The notes under the pieces are model-generated. The model worked only from the letters and a program-made list of their open reading frames with translations. It was not told the DNA's origin and made no database searches. Positions 16,926-24,000 of a DNA stretch of 24,000 nucleotides are shown piece after piece (position 1 is the first letter of the stretch; every line of letters starts with the position of its first letter). The DNA is from Bryobacteraceae bacterium. Its GTDB lineage: Bacteria > Acidobacteriota > Terriglobia > Bryobacterales > Bryobacteraceae. Where the stretch lies: assembly GCA_035632015.1 (NCBI GenBank), contig DASQHQ010000104.1:56529-80528 (forward strand). Direction: 5' to 3'. The translations under genes and the position numbers were made by a program.

Positions 16926-18859
16926 CAATTCGATCTTAGAACATAGTCCCATTCCTTCGCGGCGCGATCACGAAGTTTGTCGACGTCTTGACCGAGAAGG
17001 AAGCCCGACTGCACCAGCTTTTGCGCGGCCAGAGTGATGCGTTGCAGGTAATCGCGCTTGTTCTTGTATCGTTCCTCGATGGACTGGCGCGGATCGTCGC
17101 GCTTCTCGCGCTCGGCCTGATTCAGAGGGAAGGGAATCCAGGAACCAACCATGCTGTACAGCTCGTCGGGCGCGCCGATGGTCCTGCTGCGCAGATTCCA
17201 GCCGGTGTTGGATGCGAGCGGCGCCTGCACCTCCGGCATCTTGATCCCGGACGTCTCGTTGCCGTCCAAGTCGACTTGCGGGACCAGCGTCGGGAAGGCC
17301 GCGCCCATCTTGGGCGGTTCCACCGAGAAGTCCAAGCGGTATGCCTCGCGCTTGATTTGCGGGACGTGAACGCCGGGAACCCGGGGAAAGGCCAGCGCCG
17401 AAGCTGCCACCAATTGATCCTTGCCGATGCGCGGATACTCGGAGGCCGGCGGTTCCTTGCCGTCTTTGAGCCAGGCCTGCATGGCCACCAGGAGCGCGCG
17501 CATGGAGGCTCGATAGTCGTTCACGCTGGCCTGATTCTGGGCTTCCACAGATCGCGGCGGGAGGGACCCGTTGCCATGTTGGGAGCCCGCGAAGAAATAA
17601 ATTCGCGTGTCCTTAGCGATGGGCGCGTCCTGCTTGCCGTCCGGCGTGGTGTGAATCAGCGATGCTGAGCGGCCCCAGTATTCGTAGGAACCGTTGCTGT
17701 AGAAGATCTTCGGGACGACGTGGGCTTGCCCGGCTTTCGCCAGGACGCCGTCGTTATCGGTGAAGGGAGGCAGATCGACAGGATATAGTACGTTCAGAAA
17801 CGGATGGCCGTCGCGCGAGGGCTGCGCAAAGCGAACGTTGAAGCTGCCGCGGCCGGCGCCGGCGATGTGCGCCCACACGCCATCGAAGACGCGCCGATTC
17901 TTCTCGTCCTGGTTGAACCCGTCGTAAAGAAATGTTCGCAGGAAGCGGCCGCTTTGCGAGACGCCAAACGCCAGCGCGCGCTGGATTGTTTTCTGTTCGC
18001 CGGCGAGCACAGTATCGGCGCCGCCATATTTCAAATACGAAGCCATGTCGCGCACCGCCGCTGGGCCGAGTCCCGCGACAACCGGATCTTTAGCCAGGTA
18101 GATCACTTCGTAAATCTTGCCGGGGTCGAAGCCGCCCTCCAGCGTGACGTGCGTCGCGTCCGAGAATTTCCAGTTGTCGCGCGCGATCATACGCCGTTCG
18201 CCGGCTGCGGTGTCGCGCACGAACATGCGGTTCTCCTGCGCGGTTTCGTCGGCGACCGGATAGCCCACTTGGTTCCGGTCGCCCAGCGAAATCGTGTTGA
18301 CGCGCTTATCGCCTTCCCATTCCGAGCGCACCAGGCCGGTGATCGCCCGGCCGTTGTTGGTCGCTACGGGAGCGTAAAGATGCATCAGCTTTGGCCCTGG
18401 CGGCACATCGAACTCCCAGCCGACCCACACCAGCGTGAACCCCTGTTCGACCAGGAAATTGTCTCCGAACTCCGGCGGCGTGCGCGGATCCGACGAACCA
18501 CTAGCCAGGTCGAATGTGCCCAGCAGGCCCTTGCCGCCGCGGTTCGAAATCTCCAGCAGCATCGTGCCGTTGCTTCTGGCGGGATCACGCGGCCTGAGAA
18601 TGTAAAACTCGGATGAGAATTCCACCTTCCCTTCCGAGTTGCGCGGCGCCAGGTCGATATCCGCGATGATGCGATTGGGCGCGAGCTTGGGATCGACCGC
18701 GAAGTGCACTTTGCCGGCGATACGCTCGTACGGCCCGGCGGAGCCGAAGGAAGCGCCTTGCAGAACATCGCTCCGCTCGGTCACATCGACGCGCGTGACC
18801 GCGGCGAAAGATACGCACGATAGCAAAGGGAGGAGAAGGCAGCAGGGGCGACGAGTCAT
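16925..18859 (-). CDS. Exported alpha/beta-hydrolase-domain protein (uncharacterised family)
   Basis: ATG 18859 gives MTRRPCCLLLPLLSCVSFAAV, a signal peptide in which LLS|C is a possible lipobox. A GxSxG nucleophile elbow is seen in LAFGVSQSGRFLRTFLY. The 644-aa product resembles my memory of large uncharacterised bacterial alpha/beta-hydrolase-domain proteins. The 66 upstream codons of the track ORF were rejected. Confidence 0.7.
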   Translation of the reverse strand: MTRRPCCLLLPLLSCVSFAAVTRVDVTERSDVLQGASFGSAGPYERIAGKVHFAVDPKLAPNRIIADIDLAPRNSEGKVEFSSEFYILRPRDPARSNGTMLLEISNRGGKGLLGTFDLASGSSDPRTPPEFGDNFLVEQGFTLVWVGWEFDVPPGPKLMHLYAPVATNNGRAITGLVRSEWEGDKRVNTISLGDRNQVGYPVADETAQENRMFVRDTAAGERRMIARDNWKFSDATHVTLEGGFDPGKIYEVIYLAKDPVVAGLGPAAVRDMASYLKYGGADTVLAGEQKTIQRALAFGVSQSGRFLRTFLYDGFNQDEKNRRVFDGVWAHIAGAGRGSFNVRFAQPSRDGHPFLNVLYPVDLPPFTDNDGVLAKAGQAHVVPKIFYSNGSYEYWGRSASLIHTTPDGKQDAPIAKDTRIYFFAGSQHGNGSLPPRSVEAQNQASVNDYRASMRALLVAMQAWLKDGKEPPASEYPRIGKDQLVAASALAFPRVPGVHVPQIKREAYRLDFSVEPPKMGAAFPTLVPQVDLDGNETSGIKMPEVQAPLASNTGWNLRSRTIGAPDELYSMVGSWIPFPLNQAEREKRDDPRQSIEERYKNKRDYLQRITLAAQKLVQSGFLLGQDVDKLRDRAAKEWDYVLRSN

Positions 18860-18897
18860 TTGTTCATTGTACGTCCGACGTGGCCAGGCCAGATGTG

Positions 18898-19683
18898 CTA
18901 GTCGAGCCGCGCTTCTGCGAGCGATTGAACCCGTTCTGGAGCCAATGAGCCGTTCCGGATCTTCATTTCCAGGATGGCAAACCACCGCTGGGCCTCGCTC
19001 CAAAAGCGGAAGAAGCTCCAGCCGGCGGAGCGGAACACGCGGCCGTGCTGCTGCCAAAGCAACAGGGCCGTGCCGTTAAACAGAACCCGGTGGCAAAAGC
19101 CGTGAAGCACCCGAGCGCGATCGGAGAGCCGACGCCGGATCAAACCCAGAGTCATGCCTTGATAGTTCAAATGGGCCGCCTCGTCCACCAGGATGCGCGC
19201 GCAGATGGATCGAAGTAATGGCGAGCGCGTGGCATCCCGTAGCGCCTGGTAAAACGGCATCGCGAGAACCTCGGCTGTCACCAGCACTCCGGTGCAAACT
19301 TCGAGACCCGCCAGTTTTCGCAGGCGGCGAAAGACGCCGTCCACCCACTGAGCCGAGAGCCGGGGAATGCTCTGTTGGTCCAGGAATCGCCCCAGCAAGT
19401 CGCTGTGGCGCTGTTCTTCTTCGATAAACAACTCCAATGCGCGCAGGAACCAAGGGTCGCCACACGCCACCGGATGGCGTTGCGCTCGGCGCCTGAGCCC
19501 CTGGCCGCGGGCCCATTCGCCCAACTGGAACTGCTGGATCGATGGACTGAGGGCGCGGCGCTCGCTGGCGGTGAGCAAGTACGAGTCGTGCCAGGGCAAC
19601 GTGAGCCAAGCGTCGCGATGAGCGAGAAAATGGCGATACCATCGCTCGAATGGCGACGCAGTGGAGCTTGGAGAAGGGCTCAT
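18898..19683 (-). CDS. Ferritin-like diiron-carboxylate protein, function unknown
   Basis: Full E...ExxH...E...ExxH ligand pattern: QLGEWAR, IEEEQRH, VTAEVLA and VDEAAH, spaced as in four-helix-bundle diiron oxidases. ATG 19683 is chosen. GTG 19689 is two codons upstream. Confidence 0.7.
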   Translation of the reverse strand: MSPSPSSTASPFERWYRHFLAHRDAWLTLPWHDSYLLTASERRALSPSIQQFQLGEWARGQGLRRRAQRHPVACGDPWFLRALELFIEEEQRHSDLLGRFLDQQSIPRLSAQWVDGVFRRLRKLAGLEVCTGVLVTAEVLAMPFYQALRDATRSPLLRSICARILVDEAAHLNYQGMTLGLIRRRLSDRARVLHGFCHRVLFNGTALLLWQQHGRVFRSAGWSFFRFWSEAQRWFAILEMKIRNGSLAPERVQSLAEARLD

Positions 19684-19750
19684 GCTCACTACTGTAGAGT
19701 ACTTTGCACTATGAAGTCAAGAGCGCCAACACCCTCCGCCGTTCCGCAGC

Positions 19751-20809
19751 TCAGGCCAGCGCCAGGTTGGCCTGAGCTTTCAAAGCGAAATCGCCGAAGA
19801 CGCCGCGGGCCAGTTTCCCAAATGCGGCGGCGGCGATCATGGCGGCGTTGTCGGTGGACAGCGCGGGGCTGGGGAAAAACACAGGAGCCGGAAGAGCGGC
19901 GTTCCGCGCGGCCGCGCGCAATCCGGAATTGCAGGCCACCCCGCCCGAGATAATCACGCTGCGCGCCCCGATATCTTCGGAAGAAGCCGCGATGCGCCGA
20001 AGCAGTTCCTCGATCACGGTCCGCTGGAAGGACGCCAACAGATCCAGGGTGGCTTGCGGCGTGTGACGCAGCCAGTCGTCCAGCTTCGGTTGCCGAAGCT
20101 TGCGCCGCACAGCGATCTCGGCGACCAGGTCGCGCTGCTCCACCCAGCGCAGCACCGCTGTCTTGAGGCCGCTGAAACTGAAATCGAGCGCGTTGCCTTT
20201 CATTCGCGCCGGCGTGAATTTGACGGCGTTCGGATCGCCGTAGGGCGCGAGCTGATCGATGACCGGCCCACCTGGATAACCGAATCCGAGCAGCTTGGCC
20301 ACTTTGTCGAAGGCCTCGCCGGCGGCGTCGTCGCGTGTCTTGCCGAGCAGTCGGTAGCTGAAGCTTTCCCGGACCTCGAACAGGTGGGTATGGCCGCCGC
20401 TGACGACCAGAGCCAGGGCAGGGAACTCGATCGCGCTGCCGGCCTCGAGCAGCACGGACCGGATGTGGCCTTCAATGTGATTGACGCCGATGAGCGGCAA
20501 TTGGCGCGCAAAGCAAAGCGACTTGGCATAAGTGATTCCGACCAGCAGCGAGCCCACCAGGCCCGGTCCTTCGGTCACCGCAACGGCGCGCAAATCGTCG
20601 AGACCGGTGCGCGCTTCTTCGAGCGCCAGACGCACCACCGGCACGATGGCGCGCAGATGCTCGCGCGAGGCCAACTCCGGGACTACACCGCCATACTTGC
20701 CGTGCGTCGCAAGCTGCGACGCTACCACCGATGACAGAACTTCGCGCCCGTCTTGCACCACCGCCGCGGCCGTCTCATCGCAGGAAGTCTCGATTCCCAG
20801 AATGCGCAT
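19751..20809 (-). CDS. tsaD: tRNA N6-adenosine threonylcarbamoyltransferase (Kae1/Gcp/TsaD)
   Basis: [27 protein letters not shown] (metal-binding His pair) and VSGGHTHL. 352 aa. This is a textbook TsaD. Confidence 0.95.
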   Translation of the reverse strand: MRILGIETSCDETAAAVVQDGREVLSSVVASQLATHGKYGGVVPELASREHLRAIVPVVRLALEEARTGLDDLRAVAVTEGPGLVGSLLVGITYAKSLCFARQLPLIGVNHIEGHIRSVLLEAGSAIEFPALALVVSGGHTHLFEVRESFSYRLLGKTRDDAAGEAFDKVAKLLGFGYPGGPVIDQLAPYGDPNAVKFTPARMKGNALDFSFSGLKTAVLRWVEQRDLVAEIAVRRKLRQPKLDDWLRHTPQATLDLLASFQRTVIEELLRRIAASSEDIGARSVIISGGVACNSGLRAAARNAALPAPVFFPSPALSTDNAAMIAAAAFGKLARGVFGDFALKAQANLALA

Positions 20810-20823
20810 TGCTATCGTGAGGG

Positions 20824-21858
20824 TTGGATCTCACTCAGTTCGATTATCACCTGCCCGAATCGGCCATCGCTCAGGAGCCGCTCGCGGATCGAGCCGCGTC
20901 GCGAATGCTGGTGCTCGATCGCATCGGGCAGAACTGGGAAGATCGGATGTTTCGTGAGTTCCCGCAATTCTTGCGCGCGGGCGACTGCCTGGTGTTGAAC
21001 GATTCGAAGGTGCTCCCTTCGCGATTGCTGGGGCATCGCGCCGGAGTTCACTCGCTGCCGGTCGGAAAGAAGAATCCGAAGCGTTGGCAGCACCTTTCCG
21101 GCGAGGCTGAAGTCCTGCTGATCGAACCAGTGAGCGAAGACGCGAAAACCTGGAACGCTCTGGTGCACCCGGGGCGCAAGATGCACGTCGGCGAGCGCAT
21201 CCATTTCGACGATACCGAGGCTGAGATCATTGCGCGCGGCCAATTCGGCGAGCGAACCATGCGCTTCCATTACGAAGGCGACGTATACGAGCTGCTGCAA
21301 CGGATCGGACACGTCCCGCTGCCGCCTTACATCAAGCGGCCAGATACTGTGAGGGACCGCGAGCGTTACCAGACCGTCTTCGCCCGCGAGATCGGCTCAG
21401 TGGCCGCGCCGACCGCCGGGCTGCACTTCACGCCCCAGATCCTGGAAGGCTGCCGCCTGGCCGGGGCCGCCATCGCGTACGTGACGCTGCACGTCGGCCT
21501 GGCAACCTTCCAGCCGGTTCGCGGCGAATCGCTGCACGCTGAGCGTTTCCATGTAAGCGGGGAGAACACAGCGAAAATCCGCGGCGCCGAGCGTGTGATC
21601 TGCGTCGGCACCACCGCGGTGCGCGCCGTCGAGAGCCTCTATCTAGGGCGCTCGGGTCAGACCGACTTGTTCATCCGACCCGGCTTTCAATTCCAAAGAA
21701 CCGACGCGATCCTGACAAACTTTCATCTGCCGCGATCCAGTCTGCTGATGCTGGTGTGCGCCTTCGCCGGACAAGAATTCATCCTGCAGGCGTACCAGCA
21801 TGCGGTGCAAGCAGGCTACCGTTTCTATTCTTACGGCGACTGCATGCTGATGGTGTAG
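20824..21858 (+). CDS. queA: S-adenosylmethionine:tRNA ribosyltransferase-isomerase
   Basis: (L)[18 protein letters not shown] aligns residue-for-residue with the QueA N-terminus (MRVxDFxFxLPExLIAxxP). Also [31 protein letters not shown] and [15 protein letters not shown] 20824 is the only in-frame start after the TGA at 20818. Confidence 0.95.
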   Translation: MDLTQFDYHLPESAIAQEPLADRAASRMLVLDRIGQNWEDRMFREFPQFLRAGDCLVLNDSKVLPSRLLGHRAGVHSLPVGKKNPKRWQHLSGEAEVLLIEPVSEDAKTWNALVHPGRKMHVGERIHFDDTEAEIIARGQFGERTMRFHYEGDVYELLQRIGHVPLPPYIKRPDTVRDRERYQTVFAREIGSVAAPTAGLHFTPQILEGCRLAGAAIAYVTLHVGLATFQPVRGESLHAERFHVSGENTAKIRGAERVICVGTTAVRAVESLYLGRSGQTDLFIRPGFQFQRTDAILTNFHLPRSSLLMLVCAFAGQEFILQAYQHAVQAGYRFYSYGDCMLMV

Positions 21859-21920
21859 TTCCGTTAAGGCGGCTTGCGGTCTCCTGTATTCTGAAATCAG
21901 TGCCCACCACGACATCCGAC

Positions 21921-23489
21921 ATGCGGCAGCAGGTCGAACGCCTGCAAGAGCTGGAGGAGCGTCTCCGCGCCGGCGGCGGAGCGAAAAAAATCGAGAAACA
22001 GCATCGCGACGGCAAGCTCACCGCGCGCGAACGCATTGCGCACTTGACCGATCCTGGCGCGATGTTCCTCGAAATCGGGCTGCTGATCGCCTACGACCAG
22101 TACGACGGCCAGGCGCCCGCGGCTGGAGTTGTCACCGGCGTCGGAAAAATCGAAGGCCGCCCGGCGGTGATCGTCGCCAACGATGCCACGGTGAAGGCCG
22201 GAGCCTGGTGGCCGGAGACGATCACGAAAATCCTGCGCGCGCAAGAGATCGCCATGCGCCACCGCACGCCCATCGTCTATTTGGTGGATTCGGCGGGCGT
22301 CAATCTGCCGCTGCAGGACGGCATCTTCCCGGGAAAGTACGGCGCGGCTCGCATCTTTTATTACAACTCGCTGATGCGACGCAAGCTGCATGTGCCGCAA
22401 ATCGCGGCGGTCATGGGGCCGTGCATCGCGGGCGGGGCGTACCTTCCCGCTTTGAGCGACGTGATCATCATGGTGGAAGGCACCAGCTTCATGGGGCTGG
22501 GCGGGCCGAACCTGGTGAAAGGCGCGGTGGGGCAGGTGGTGGACGCCGAATCGCTCGGCGGGGCGCGCATGCACACTTCAGCCAGTGGCGTCGCGCATTT
22601 CATGGCTAAGGACGATGCGGCCTGTCTGGAGATGATCCGCCAGAAATTCCGCTCCATGCCCGCGCCGCCCAAGCCTCCGCACGGGGCTCCCCCGCCCAAG
22701 CCCGCTGAAGGTCTGTATGATTTGATGCCGCTCGACCATCGCCTGGCCTACGACATGCAGGACGCCATCGAGCGGATCTTCGACGGCGACGACTATTTGG
22801 AGTTCCAGTCCAATCACGCGCCGGAGCTGCTATGCGCCGAAGCGAAACTCTCCGGCCGGCCGGTAGCTTTGATCGCTAATCGCCGCGGGTTTTTGAAAAC
22901 CGAAGGCGGGCCGCGCATCGGCGGCATCGTCTACACCGAGTCGGCGCGCAAGGTCGCTTATTTTGTCGAAAACGCCGAGCGGAACAGTGTCCCACTGATT
23001 TACTTGCAAGATGTCTCCGGGTTTATGGTGGGCGTGGAAGCGGAACGCGAGGGGATCATTCGAGCCGGAGCCGAGATGGTGGAGACCATGGCGTGTGCGA
23101 CCGTGCCCAAGATCATCCTGACCGTCAATCACGCCAGCGGCGCAGGCTACTATGCCATGGCCGGGCAGGGGTTCGATCCGGATTTCACCTTCGGATGGCC
23201 CACCGCGCGCATCGGCGTGATGGAAGGCGATTCGGCCGTGCAGGCGGTTCACGGCCCGGAACTGGAGAAGTTGAAAGCCGAAGGCAAGCCGGTTCCCGAG
23301 GACTTGAAGGCGCGCATTGAGAAAACGCGCGCCGACTACGAACGCTGGCTGGACGCTCGCTACGCCGCCGCACGCGGCCACATGGACGCGATCATCGATC
23401 CGTTGGAAACGCGGCGCGTGCTGGCGTTGGCGCTAGAAATCTGTTGCGCACACCCGCATCGTGAACATCTGGTGTCGGAGACCCTCTAA
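21921..23489 (+). CDS. Acyl-CoA carboxylase carboxyltransferase (beta) subunit, methylcrotonyl-CoA-carboxylase-beta-like
   Basis: Motifs [76 protein letters not shown] and [16 protein letters not shown]. The ANDATVK.G..P block resembles the MCC-beta clade more than PCC-beta. ATG 21921 is chosen. GTG 21900 is the alternative. The track start at 21756 overlaps queA. Confidence 0.9.
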   Translation: MRQQVERLQELEERLRAGGGAKKIEKQHRDGKLTARERIAHLTDPGAMFLEIGLLIAYDQYDGQAPAAGVVTGVGKIEGRPAVIVANDATVKAGAWWPETITKILRAQEIAMRHRTPIVYLVDSAGVNLPLQDGIFPGKYGAARIFYYNSLMRRKLHVPQIAAVMGPCIAGGAYLPALSDVIIMVEGTSFMGLGGPNLVKGAVGQVVDAESLGGARMHTSASGVAHFMAKDDAACLEMIRQKFRSMPAPPKPPHGAPPPKPAEGLYDLMPLDHRLAYDMQDAIERIFDGDDYLEFQSNHAPELLCAEAKLSGRPVALIANRRGFLKTEGGPRIGGIVYTESARKVAYFVENAERNSVPLIYLQDVSGFMVGVEAEREGIIRAGAEMVETMACATVPKIILTVNHASGAGYYAMAGQGFDPDFTFGWPTARIGVMEGDSAVQAVHGPELEKLKAEGKPVPEDLKARIEKTRADYERWLDARYAAARGHMDAIIDPLETRRVLALALEICCAHPHREHLVSETL

Positions 23490-24000
23490 GGGCGCGGCCC
23501 CAGCTTCGCAAGAAACGTGGTGTCGGTCTGGCCGGCGACAAAGCGCGGGTCATTCAAGATCCGCTGGTGCAGCGGAATCGAGGTGTAGATGCCTTCCACC
23601 ACGAAAACATCCAGCGCGCGGCGCATGCGGGCGATCGCTTCGGCGCGGTCATGGCCGTGCGCGATGAGCTTGGCTACCAGCGAATCGTAGTAGGGCGGAA
23701 TCACGTAATCGGTATAAACTGCGGTATCCACCCGGACACCGATGTCGCCCGGCAGATTCAGCCCGGTAATCCGCCCCGGCGAGGGCGCGAAGGTGTCCGG
23801 ATTCTCGGCGTTGATGCGGCACTCGATGGCGTGTCCTTGAATCGCAACGGGCTGCCGAATGATCTCAGACAACGGGCATCCCGCCGCAATCAGGATTTGC
23901 GACTTCACCAGATCGACTCCGGTGATGGCTTCGGTCACCGGATGCTCCACCTGAATCCGGGCATTGACTTCGATGAAGTACAGCTCGCCGGTCTCGTCCA
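23486..24000 (-). CDS. accC: Biotin carboxylase, C-terminal part (gene continues off the right edge)
   Basis: The reverse strand reads ...[40 protein letters not shown]...[13 protein letters not shown]...[22 protein letters not shown]. It ends without a BCCP domain, as in stand-alone AccC. There is a 4-bp convergent overlap with the carboxyltransferase gene. Confidence 0.9.
   Translation of the reverse strand, partial: DETGELYFIEVNARIQVEHPVTEAITGVDLVKSQILIAAGCPLSEIIRQPVAIQGHAIECRINAENPDTFAPSPGRITGLNLPGDIGVRVDTAVYTDYVIPPYYDSLVAKLIAHGHDRAEAIARMRRALDVFVVEGIYTSIPLHQRILNDPRFVAGQTDTTFLAKLGPRP

Noticed and set aside
18860-19057. Upstream extensions of real genes in the ORF track (hydrolase to 19057, secreted protein to 10452, carboxyltransferase from 21756, DinB to 1387)
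   Set aside because: In each case an internal ATG yields a proper signal peptide or the family-typical N-terminus. The extensions overlap neighbouring genes or are Arg/Pro-rich.
18898-19683. Calling the diiron protein MiaE (tRNA hydroxylase) because of the tsaD/queA neighbourhood
   Set aside because: Only the generic diiron ExxH ligand pattern is shared. The surrounding sequence does not resemble what I recall of MiaE, and context alone is insufficient.

Overview
GC-rich bacterial chromosomal segment. It is most consistent with an Acidobacteriota genome of the Solibacter/Bryobacter type. That guess rests on a C-terminal module resembling the Solibacter-type TIGR03437 domain (recalled from memory), many exported proteins, and frequent GTG/TTG starts. 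I support 23 protein-coding genes, two of them cut by the window edges. I see no rRNA, tRNA, CRISPR array, transposase or integrase.

The left ~12 kb is accessory and regulatory:
- a partial ECF sigma overlapping a YCII/DGPF gene, followed by a DinB gene
- a 1218-aa exported protein with 14 FG-GAP-like blades
- a PadR regulator translationally coupled to a PCMT-like methyltransferase
- an exported transglutaminase-like protein
- a second ECF sigma, then a membrane-anchored TlpA-type thioredoxin, then an exported DinB
- an orphan secreted protein
- a stand-alone TadZ/CpaE-like ATPase
- a DedA protein

The right ~12 kb is mostly core: sdhCAB (single large cytochrome b type), an Mrp/ApbC Fe-S carrier, an exported alpha/beta-hydrolase, a ferritin-like diiron protein, tsaD, queA, an acyl-CoA carboxylase carboxyltransferase and the 3' part of accC.

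No complete novel system can be proven from sequence alone. The best candidates for follow-up are:
1. the ECF sigma / thioredoxin-in-the-anti-sigma-slot / DinB operon
2. the orphan TadZ-like pseudo-receiver ATPase
3. the PadR-methyltransferase pair with its candidate operator
4. the uncharacterised diiron protein in the tsaD-to-mrp co-directional cluster
5. a nested inverted-repeat element between sdhB and mrp

Many long ORFs in the supplied track are antisense shadows typical of GC-rich DNA and were rejected.
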